The notes under the pieces: model-generated
Told to the model about the DNA's origin: nothing
Database searches by the model: none
The model's input: the letters and a program-made list of their open reading frames with translations, nothing else
Translations under genes and position numbers: made by a program
Source of the DNA: Gammaproteobacteria bacterium
GTDB taxonomy: Bacteria > Pseudomonadota > Gammaproteobacteria > Pseudomonadales > Azotimanducaceae
NCBI GenBank assembly: GCA_002690865.1
Contig: NZGG01000009.1
Location: forward strand, 20,725-84,724
DNA length: 64,000 bases
Reading direction: 5' to 3'
Shown: positions 22,701 through 30,265 of the stretch, one piece after another
How the letters are laid out: the number at the start of each line of letters is the position of its first letter
Numbering within the stretch: the stretch's first letter is position 1

Positions 22701-22729
22701 TATATTGGCCTTCCATCGCAAATTTCAAG
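22701..22729 (-). promoter_or_regulatory. sigma-32-type heat-shock promoter upstream of dnaK
   Basis: Minus sense: CTTGAA - 15 nt - CCAATATA, against the E. coli sigma-32 consensus CTTGAA-N13-17-CCCCATNT. Located in the grpE-dnaK spacer. Confidence 0.5.
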
Positions 22730-22732
22730 TTT

Positions 22733-23293
22733 TTACTCGACAATCGGTGCCTTTGTGACCATAACCATAGCAGGCCGAACTAGTCTCTCGTTCAAGGTAT
22801 AACCTTTCTGAACTACTGCAAAAACAGAATTTGGCTCCATCTCAGAATGCTCTACCATCGACATAGCCTCATGCAGATTGGGGTCAAAAGGCTCTCCAAG
22901 CGGATCGATAACCCGAATAGCTTCTTTGGATAAAAGATCCTCCAAAAGCTTAAAAGTTAGTTCAACGCCTTGGATAACAGGATCATCCTGGCTTACCTTA
23001 GACTCGAGAGCTTTTTCTAGACTATCGACTATTGGGAGAATGTGCTGCACTAGCCTCTCAAGACCAAATCTGTGTGCATTTTGTACATCTTTATCCGCTC
23101 TGCGACGGACATTTTGCATCTCGGCTTCAGCGCGGAGAACCTTATCTTTAAGAGCCTCTATTTCAGCAAGAAGATCTTGAACCTCTTGCTTTGTCTCATT
23201 TTGGTTGAAATCCTCAGCTTCTTGTGTCGCTAACGATAATTCATCTATATCGGCAGAGACACACTCTTTAGCCTTCTCTTCTATGTCGGACAT
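22733..23293 (-). CDS. grpE: nucleotide exchange factor GrpE
   Basis: 186 aa with a coiled-coil N-terminal half and a GrpE C-terminus (GYTLNERLVRPAMVMV). Confidence 0.96.
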   Translation of the reverse strand: MSDIEEKAKECVSADIDELSLATQEAEDFNQNETKQEVQDLLAEIEALKDKVLRAEAEMQNVRRRADKDVQNAHRFGLERLVQHILPIVDSLEKALESKVSQDDPVIQGVELTFKLLEDLLSKEAIRVIDPLGEPFDPNLHEAMSMVEHSEMEPNSVFAVVQKGYTLNERLVRPAMVMVTKAPIVE

Positions 23294-23327
23294 ATGTTGA
23301 AGTTCATTCTGGTTGTGTGTCGTTAAG

Positions 23328-23355
23328 ATATGGGGACTGAATAACCGCTTTCAAG
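23328..23355 (-). promoter_or_regulatory. sigma-32-type heat-shock promoter upstream of grpE
   Basis: Minus sense: CTTGAA - 14 nt - CCCCATAT, a near-perfect match to the E. coli sigma-32 consensus. Located in the 78-nt hrcA-grpE spacer. Confidence 0.6.
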
Positions 23356-23371
23356 TCCTGATCGTTGTGTT

Positions 23372-24406
23372 TTAACGTCCCGAGTCCATGGCAGCACCTA
23401 ACAATCGAGCTGTCGCATCAACAATGGGAATGACCCGATCATAAGCCATTCTAGTGGGGCCTAGAACACCAAGCACTCCAATCCTTTCGCCATCGACTTG
23501 GTAAGGAGCAGTAACCAAGGTACATTCATCGAGGAGCTGATAGCCCGATTCCGCACCTATGAAAAGCTTTACGCCATGAGTATCGATACATTTATCAAGT
23601 AAATGTAAGATATCTCCTTTGAGCGAGAAGGCTCTGAATAACTCTCTAATGTCATCAAGCGCCTGCTCTTCTGCTAGCTCAATTAGGTTTTCCTGTCCAG
23701 CCACAACGAAATCTGCTTCATGTTTCGTCACGAATACCTGTTCTGCAAACTCCAGAATAGCATGCATAAGCGAATTCATATTTTCCTGATCATTCCTCAT
23801 TAAATTTATTAGTTTCGACCTAATAACGCTAAATGTATGACCCATAAAATTTTGATTAATGAAGTTCGCAGCATCCTTAAGCTGCTGTTCGGAGTAGGCT
23901 TCCTTGGTGTAGATAACTCTGTTTTTTACTTCATGATCATCTAAAACCAAAATAACCAATACCCTATTATCATTAAGCCTTAAAAATTCAACATGTCGGA
24001 GTTGTGTCTGATCTCTCTTAGGTAATGTCACCAACCCTGCCATGTGTGTGATTTCCGACAATATTTCAGAAGCAGATTCAACTAACTGGTGAGCCGACAT
24101 ATCTGGATCCAGGTTTTTCGTCAGATTAACTATGTCCAGAGTCGCTAGGGGTTCGACAGTAATGAGACTATCAACGAAAAATCTATAACCTTGACCGGTA
24201 GGAATACGGCCTGCCGATGTATGCGGAGACTCTACAAAACCGAGCTCCTCCAACCCAGCCATTATATATCTTACAGTTGCCGGACTAACTGATAACTCGG
24301 AACAATCCGACAATGTTTTTGAACCCACAGGATTTCCGCTCTCAATATAGTGCTCGACGAGAGTTTTTAAGAGATACTGGGCTTTTTCATTGATTTCAGC
24401 TTTCAT
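23372..24406 (-). CDS. hrcA: heat-inducible transcription repressor HrcA
   Basis: 344 aa. The N-terminal winged helix, ...GNPVGSKTLSD...SVSPATVRYIMAGLEELGFVESPHTSAGRIPTGQGYRFFVDSL, is the HrcA signature. Confidence 0.93.
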   Translation of the reverse strand: MKAEINEKAQYLLKTLVEHYIESGNPVGSKTLSDCSELSVSPATVRYIMAGLEELGFVESPHTSAGRIPTGQGYRFFVDSLITVEPLATLDIVNLTKNLDPDMSAHQLVESASEILSEITHMAGLVTLPKRDQTQLRHVEFLRLNDNRVLVILVLDDHEVKNRVIYTKEAYSEQQLKDAANFINQNFMGHTFSVIRSKLINLMRNDQENMNSLMHAILEFAEQVFVTKHEADFVVAGQENLIELAEEQALDDIRELFRAFSLKGDILHLLDKCIDTHGVKLFIGAESGYQLLDECTLVTAPYQVDGERIGVLGVLGPTRMAYDRVIPIVDATARLLGAAMDSGR

Positions 24407-24544
24407 TACATGTTGCCGCCGTTCCTTGTGAGCAACATATACATATTGAAGAACTCTTTCAATGATAAAAGAAAATTCAGCAAGGCTGATTGCGTCAACC
24501 TTCGCAGTCCAGTTTAATTGGCAGACTAGGGATCAATTTTAAGC

Positions 24545-26197
24545 ATGCTTCTCAACTTAAATATACAAAACTTTGCTCTTGCGACGCACCTGGACATTGA
24601 GTTTGAACAGAAAATGTCAGCAGTGACTGGTGAAACCGGCGCCGGGAAATCAATAATGCTTGACGCTTTATCCCTTTCATTGGGAAGCAGAGCAGATACC
24701 AAAATGATAACAGCTGGAGCAACACGGGCTGAGATAATTGCTACGTTTGATATATCAGGTAACGAAAATGTCAAACAATGGATCATAGAACATGAGTTAA
24801 CAGACAATCATGTATGTATTTTGAGGCGTATAATTACCAAAGATGGTCGTTCGAAGGGTTTTATTAATGGCGTCCCCTCTACACTGTCGGATATGAGTCA
24901 TTTAGGAAACCTTCTGGCGGATATACACTCCCAACACGAACATCAATCGTTATTAATCCGAGATAATCACCGAAGACTACTCGATGAGTTTGGTGGGTAT
25001 CAGGAATTGGTGAACGAAACAGCAACAATTTATCGCTGCTATCAATCTGAAGAGATAAAACTACAAAAATTAATTAGTAATCTCGGAAACGAAAATTCTA
25101 GACTCCAGCTACTGGAATACCAACTAAGTGAACTCCGAGCACTGGAGCTAACAGAAAATGAAATTCCAATGCTAGAAAATGAACAAAAGCGTTTATCGAG
25201 CTCTGAGGAAGTCCTTAGAAATTGTAATGATGTGATTAACCTTTGTAAAAATGACGATACCAATAATGTAACGGGGATGTTGGCACGTGCTATTGATCTT
25301 CTAACAGTCATTGAAGACTCTAAAGTGAAAGAAGTCGTGGAGTTGCTTAGTAGCAGTCAGATACAGGTAGAGGAGGCAATTGATGATCTCCAGTCCGTAA
25401 TTAGCAATTTTGTTGCTGATCCTGCTAGATTGGCATTAGTAGAAACAAAGCTTTCTTCGATCTACGATATCGCAAGAAAACATCACTTAAAAGCAAATCA
25501 GCTACCAAATCTGGCGATCAGCATAGAGAAAGAAATCGAGTCTCTAAAAAATTTAAATATAGAGCTTGATACCGTCGAGAAAAAACTTTCGGAACACAAG
25601 AAAAAATATCAGGAGATTACCAGTCAACTTACTGCAAAGAGACGCCAGCAAGCTTTAGTACTTCAATCAGCAGTTACATCTAAACTAAAGCAACTGGGTA
25701 TGGTAGATGCCAATTTTCAGGTCAGTCTTGTAACTAAACCAGCAGACTCTATCAACATAAACGGCGCAGAGGATGTTGAGTTCCTAATCAGCACTAACAA
25801 AAAATATGCCGCCCGAGCTCTTGCTAGAATAGCATCTGGTGGAGAGCTATCTCGAATTAGCCTAGCTATACAAGTTGTGACAGCTAACACTTCTCGAATA
25901 CCCACCCTTGTGTTCGATGAAGTGGATGTGGGTATTGGTGGGGCTACCGCAGAAGTCGTGGGGTCAATGCTTAGAGAATTAGGCACCAAGACCCAAATAA
26001 TATGTGTCACCCATCTCGCCCAAGTCGCGGCGCAAGGGCATCAACATCTGAGAGTTAATAAAAAAACAGATGGAATACAAGTACTTCAACTGGATAGGCC
26101 TGGTAAGGTATACGAAATAGCTCGAATGCTAGGAGGGATAGAGGTGACAGAACAATCGCTAGCCCATGCGGAGCAGATTTTGACTAATGCTCATTGA
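24545..26197 (+). CDS. recN: DNA repair protein RecN
   Basis: 550 aa. Walker A GETGAGKS, long coiled coil, C-terminal SGGELSRISLA signature and LVFDEVDVGIGG. Confidence 0.97.
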   Translation: MLLNLNIQNFALATHLDIEFEQKMSAVTGETGAGKSIMLDALSLSLGSRADTKMITAGATRAEIIATFDISGNENVKQWIIEHELTDNHVCILRRIITKDGRSKGFINGVPSTLSDMSHLGNLLADIHSQHEHQSLLIRDNHRRLLDEFGGYQELVNETATIYRCYQSEEIKLQKLISNLGNENSRLQLLEYQLSELRALELTENEIPMLENEQKRLSSSEEVLRNCNDVINLCKNDDTNNVTGMLARAIDLLTVIEDSKVKEVVELLSSSQIQVEEAIDDLQSVISNFVADPARLALVETKLSSIYDIARKHHLKANQLPNLAISIEKEIESLKNLNIELDTVEKKLSEHKKKYQEITSQLTAKRRQQALVLQSAVTSKLKQLGMVDANFQVSLVTKPADSININGAEDVEFLISTNKKYAARALARIASGGELSRISLAIQVVTANTSRIPTLVFDEVDVGIGGATAEVVGSMLRELGTKTQIICVTHLAQVAAQGHQHLRVNKKTDGIQVLQLDRPGKVYEIARMLGGIEVTEQSLAHAEQILTNAH

Positions 26198-26619
26198 TAA
26201 TCTTGCTTGCAAGATGGACACAGGCCGTACATGTTTAAATTATGATCTGTTAATTCAAATCCTAATTTTTTAGCAATAACATTTTGTCTTTGTTCAATTT
26301 CATTATCATGAAATTCCTCAACTTTTCCACATCTCACGCAAACGATATGATCGTGATGTTCATCTCCAGCAAGCTCAAAAACAGAGTGGCCTTCTTCAAA
26401 GTTGTGCCGAATTACAATACCTGCTGATTCAAATTGCGTTAGCACACGGTAAACAGTTGCTAAGCCAAGCTCGACGTTACTCTTTAGTAAATACCTATAG
26501 ATATCTTCAGCACTAAAATGACGTATTTTAGACTGTTCCATCAGCTCAAGTATCTTAAGCCTCGGTACCGTTGCCTTTAAGCCATGCTCTTTAAGTTCTT
26601 TAGAATCTCTCATTCTCAT
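26191..26619 (-). CDS. fur: ferric uptake regulator
   Basis: 142 aa with LKATVPRLKILELM, HHDHIVCVRCGKV and a C-terminal CPSC. Convergent 7-nt overlap with recN. Confidence 0.95.
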   Translation of the reverse strand: MRMRDSKELKEHGLKATVPRLKILELMEQSKIRHFSAEDIYRYLLKSNVELGLATVYRVLTQFESAGIVIRHNFEEGHSVFELAGDEHHDHIVCVRCGKVEEFHDNEIEQRQNVIAKKLGFELTDHNLNMYGLCPSCKQDYQ

Positions 26620-26696
26620 TATTAAAAATGTGGTTATGAACGTTTAAGGACGTTAACATACATTGTACCCAAACAAACTGAGTCAATGTAGCCGAT

Positions 26697-27041
26697 ATGA
26701 AATTTTTCCTTTTCATTTTCATTATACTTACAGTTGGTTGCTCAACATTTGGCTTCCCCGGTGTTCATAGAATCTCGGTACAGCAGGGTAATGTCATTAC
26801 TCAATCGATGATCGATAAATTAAAGCCGGGAATGACAAGAAGCCAGGTGAGGTTTGTATTAGGTAATCCAATATTAGATGACAATCTCAATAGAGATCGC
26901 TGGGATTATATTTATACAATCCAAATCTCTGGTGGAGAAACCAAACGTGAAATTTTAATTTTGCACTTCCTTGAAGATAAACTTAGTTTTTTTGAAACCA
27001 ATCTTCGGCATTCTGACGATAATCGGCCTAGCTCTGCTTAG
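26697..27041 (+). CDS. bamE: outer-membrane assembly lipoprotein BamE (OmlA/SmpA)
   Basis: 114 aa. Signal peptide with lipobox LTVGC, and the BamE core GMTRSQVRFVLGNPIL...RWDYIY. fur-bamE adjacency. Confidence 0.9.
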   Translation: MKFFLFIFIILTVGCSTFGFPGVHRISVQQGNVITQSMIDKLKPGMTRSQVRFVLGNPILDDNLNRDRWDYIYTIQISGGETKREILILHFLEDKLSFFETNLRHSDDNRPSSA

Positions 27042-27277
27042 CAGTTCGACGAGCGCGAACCATTGAGAACTTAGTATCAAAGGCCGATAAATCTCAACAC
27101 GATCCCCTGTCATTCAAGCGCCAAGAGTCTTATATCCTCATGCCAAATACTTCTTTTTTCGAATCAGTAAAATTTACTGTTAGAAATTCATCCTGTATAC
27201 CCGAACGAACAATCACTTCCTTAAAAGTTGTGCCGCACGTGATCGATAAATTCTCTACTACCGTCTTTGACTTCCAT
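27028..27277 (-). pseudogene. rnfH: decayed rnfH (yfjF/ratB-type ubiquitin-fold protein) remnant downstream of ratA
   Basis: My three-frame reading of the minus strand, compared with E. coli RnfH as I recall it (...GATVEEAIRASGL...[26 protein letters not shown]). Frame 1 gives ...VVENLSITCGTTFKEVIVRSGIQDEFLTVNFTDSKKEVFGMRI*DSWRLND...DTKFSMVRARRTAKQS*. The hallmark [10 protein letters not shown] is encoded in a different frame between them. The only ATG (27277) is in yet another frame. Confidence 0.65.
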
Positions 27278-27294
27278 AATATAACGCCTCAACG

Positions 27295-27726
27295 TCAAGA
27301 ATTTTGCTGTTCCACTCTCGCACAAAAAGCATCGACCAGTTTTTCGGCGGATTTATCGAACATTCTTGAGAGCGGGGTCTCGAGAAAAGAAGTGCCCAAA
27401 TCAAACGATAACGCTAATTCAACTTTACAACCCAAATTTGAAATCGTAGTAAATTTCCAGCAGCCATCAAGTTTAGTGAAGGGTCCTCTTAAAAGAGATA
27501 ACTCAATCCTCTCAAAAGGAACCACTCGATTTATTGTTGTAAAACTCTGTTTTATCCCAGCTGCAGATATATCTAACCTAGCGACTATTTCAGTCGATGA
27601 ACGACTTAGAACCATACTGCCAGAGCACCAAGGTAAAAAGCATGGATAGGAGTCTATATCGTTAACAACCTCAAACACACTTTCCGCACTGAATGGCACA
27701 AGAGCGGTTTGCCGAATATTTCTCAT
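27295..27726 (-). CDS. ratA: SRPBCC/START-fold protein RatA (YfjG/PasT, Coq10-like)
   Basis: 143 aa. MRNIRQTALVPFSAESVFEVVNDIDSYPCFLPWC aligns with the E. coli YfjG N-terminus. Conserved bamE / ratA / smpB neighbourhood. Confidence 0.88.
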   Translation of the reverse strand: MRNIRQTALVPFSAESVFEVVNDIDSYPCFLPWCSGSMVLSRSSTEIVARLDISAAGIKQSFTTINRVVPFERIELSLLRGPFTKLDGCWKFTTISNLGCKVELALSFDLGTSFLETPLSRMFDKSAEKLVDAFCARVEQQNS

Positions 27727-29084
27727 CAGTCTTGCAATAGCGCCATAATAAACACAATGGAAACGGCAATGGGAGCGATAAATCTAGTCAGGAATTGCCA
27801 TATAGGATATAACCATCTGTCTGCCACCAGCTCTTCATCGATAATCTTACTTGATAATATCCAACCTGCGAAAAGCGCTATTAAAATACCTCCCAATGGC
27901 AAAATAATATTATTTGTAACATAGTCCATCGTATCCAAAAAAGTCATCTCACCGAAGATAAAAACATCAGACCAAATATTTGTAGAAAACACACTCCCTA
28001 ATCCGAGCAACCAGACGCAACCTCCCACCAGTAAAGCTGCAATCAGCCGAGTGGTGTTTAGCTTTTCTACGATCCATGCAATTGCTGGCTCTACTAGAGA
28101 AATAGCAGACGTAATTGCAGCAAAAGCAACAAGAATGAAGAATACACAACCAAAAAATTGACCCCCCGCCATTTGACCAAAAGCCAAAGGAAGAGTAATG
28201 AACATAAGGCCGGGGCCCGCGCTGCTTTCGAGAGCATTAGCAAATACTAAAGGAAAGATTACCAACCCGGACATAAGTGCTACACCAGTGTCCATTAGAG
28301 CGATCAGTGTAGCAGTGCCTACAATTGATGCGTCTTTTGGCATGTAGGCGCCGTAGGCCATAATCGCCCCCATTCCCAAGCTGAGCGTAAAAAAAGCTTG
28401 CCCCATCGCAACCAGGACGCTATTCCAGGATAACTTATCAAAATCAAAAGAGAACAAAAATTGGAGACCCTCCAGAAAATGTCCAGAGGTAAAAGCAGCA
28501 TAAATTACCAATACAACTAAAAGAAAAAATAGAATTGGCATTAAATATTTAACAGCTACCTCTAAACCAGAACTAACCCCTCGTGCTGTGATAGAAATAG
28601 TAATTCCTATAAAAACGGTAAACCAAGCTAAGACTTCCCAAACATTACCTACAAATCCGTCAAAGGCACTTTTTGCCAGTTCTCCGCTACTACCAGTAAA
28701 CATTCCAGAGCCCAACTGAAAAATATAAGCAAGTACCCAACCTGCGATAACGGCATAAAAGGATAAAATCATGAATCCAGCAAGAACACCCATCCAGCCC
28801 AACAATTGCCAGCAGGAAGTTGCGTTAGACGCTTCAGCAGCAGTGCGCATGGCATTGATAGGACTTTGTCTTGCAGAGCGCCCAATCAAAATCTCTGATA
28901 CCATAATGGGGATTCCGACTAGGAAGATACAAGCCAAATAAACCATCACAAAAGCACCCCCCCCATTCTCTCCCGCCACATAAGGAAATCTCCAAATATT
29001 ACCAAGACCCACCGCGGAGCCAGACGCTGCTAGAACGAACATTAAACGTGATGACCACATTCCATGTATTGAATCAGATTTCAC
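27726..29084 (-). CDS. sodium-dependent transporter, neurotransmitter:sodium symporter (SNF/NSS) family
   Basis: 452 aa and about 11-12 TM segments. NSS signature WSSRLMFVLAASGSAVGLGNIWRFPY. The track start is GTG. An ATG at 29060 (MWSSRL...) is an alternative start. Confidence 0.9.
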   Translation of the reverse strand: MKSDSIHGMWSSRLMFVLAASGSAVGLGNIWRFPYVAGENGGGAFVMVYLACIFLVGIPIMVSEILIGRSARQSPINAMRTAAEASNATSCWQLLGWMGVLAGFMILSFYAVIAGWVLAYIFQLGSGMFTGSSGELAKSAFDGFVGNVWEVLAWFTVFIGITISITARGVSSGLEVAVKYLMPILFFLLVVLVIYAAFTSGHFLEGLQFLFSFDFDKLSWNSVLVAMGQAFFTLSLGMGAIMAYGAYMPKDASIVGTATLIALMDTGVALMSGLVIFPLVFANALESSAGPGLMFITLPLAFGQMAGGQFFGCVFFILVAFAAITSAISLVEPAIAWIVEKLNTTRLIAALLVGGCVWLLGLGSVFSTNIWSDVFIFGEMTFLDTMDYVTNNIILPLGGILIALFAGWILSSKIIDEELVADRWLYPIWQFLTRFIAPIAVSIVFIMALLQD

Positions 29085-29224
29085 CGGACTACCCCTTGTT
29101 TCATAACTTTGCTTATCTAAGTAATAACATTATCGTCATTTTCGAGTATTTAAAAATATCCCTCAACCCACAGATATATACTTTATGGCTGTGCTGCCTA
29201 TAATAATTGCTCTAAGGAACTGTC

Positions 29225-29695
29225 ATGACCAAAAAATCGAATCCAGGTACGATTGCGCAAAACAAAAAAGCTAGATTCGAATACAGCTTGCACGAGACTT
29301 TCGAGGCTGGAGTCGAGTTAGCTGGCTGGGAAGTGAAAGCATTAAGAGATGGAAAAGCACAGCTGACCGATACATATGCGCTATTGAAGAACGGTGAGGC
29401 TTTTTTGTTGGGCTGTAACATCACGCCACTTAAAACTGCGTCAACCCACGTGCTAGCGGATCCTAAAAGGACACGAAAATTACTTTTACATAAAAAAGAG
29501 CTTGCGAAGCTCATAGGTGCTACCAAGGTTAAAGGTCAAACGTGTATTCCTCTTGCCCTCTACTGGAAAGGAAACCGAGTTAAATGTGAGATCGCCCTAG
29601 CAACCGGTAAAAAATCTCATGATAAACGCGCTTCTATCAAAGAAAGAGAATGGAAAATAGATAAGCAACGCACGATGAAGGAATATAATCGCTGA
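29225..29695 (+). CDS. smpB: SsrA-binding protein SmpB
   Basis: 156 aa with [19 protein letters not shown] and a basic C-terminal tail. Immediately upstream of ssrA. Confidence 0.97.
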   Translation: MTKKSNPGTIAQNKKARFEYSLHETFEAGVELAGWEVKALRDGKAQLTDTYALLKNGEAFLLGCNITPLKTASTHVLADPKRTRKLLLHKKELAKLIGATKVKGQTCIPLALYWKGNRVKCEIALATGKKSHDKRASIKEREWKIDKQRTMKEYNR

Positions 29696-29730
29696 ACCAT
29701 GTTCAAATAAAAGGGTACAATGACATTTTT

Positions 29731-30127
29731 GGGGGTGACTTGGCTTCGACGCCGGTGACAAACCCTGAGGTGCATGCCGAGAGGGTAGTGACTCTCGTAA
29801 ATCAATCGCTGTAACTTTTATAGTTGCCAATGACGAAAACTACGCACTAGCTGCTTAATAATTCGGCTTCGGCCGAGCTTCCCGAAAGGGATAATTTAAG
29901 TTAGTTAACCCTAGGGCGAATGTGCCCATGTATTCAAACTAGGGGCTCGACTCATGGGACAGCTGCCAGACCTCGCTTGTGGTTAAAGCAGTTAAACTTA
30001 AAGCAAGCTCGCCTTTTAATCCCTGTTCGTTGGGCTAGTGAAAGGTTAAATGGTAAACGAACTAAGCATGTAGAACCAAAGGCAGAGTACTGACGGACGC
30101 GGGTTCAACTCCCGCCACCTCCACCAA
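29731..30127 (+). ncRNA. ssrA: transfer-messenger RNA (tmRNA, SsrA)
   Basis: 5' GGGGGTGACTTGGCTTCGACGCCGG. 3' tRNA-like end GGACGCGGGTTCAACTCCCGCCACCTCCACCA. It contains an internal tag reading frame. Confidence 0.96.
29826..29858 (+). other. tmRNA proteolysis-tag reading frame ANDENYALAA*
   Basis: GCC AAT GAC GAA AAC TAC GCA CTA GCT GCT TAA. This peptide is identical to the E. coli tag. Confidence 0.93.
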
Positions 30128-30265
30128 ATTACTTTTCGGACTGCACTGAGAATCCTGCCCCTTGTAAAACGCCAGAATCATCTCTGCAAACGTACTGACA
30201 AACATCCTCTCTTGCCTTTTCTACCTCTATACACAGTTTTATATTTCAGTTAGTTATTAGTTAAA

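Noticed and set aside
22643-24544. Searched for a CIRCE operator (TTAGCACTC-N9-GAGTGCTAA) near hrcA, grpE and dnaK, and for a LexA SOS box (CTG-N10-CAG type) upstream of recN.
   Set aside because: No convincing match by eye in any of the spacers. CCAGTTTAATTGGCAG upstream of recN is not a true inverted repeat. Absence by eye is not proof, so a PWM scan is still needed.
26605-26625. Fur-box-like hexamers AATAAT GAGAAT GAGAGA overlapping the fur start codon, and an AACGT..ACGTT partial palindrome at about 26640-26660.
   Set aside because: Only a weak resemblance to GATAATGATAATCATTATC, and it overlaps coding sequence. The support is too weak to call autoregulation.
29597-29830. Two minus-strand ORFs (77 and 62 aa) overlapping the smpB 3' end and the 5' part of ssrA.
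   Set aside because: The region is fully explained by smpB and tmRNA, and the ORFs are antisense artefacts.
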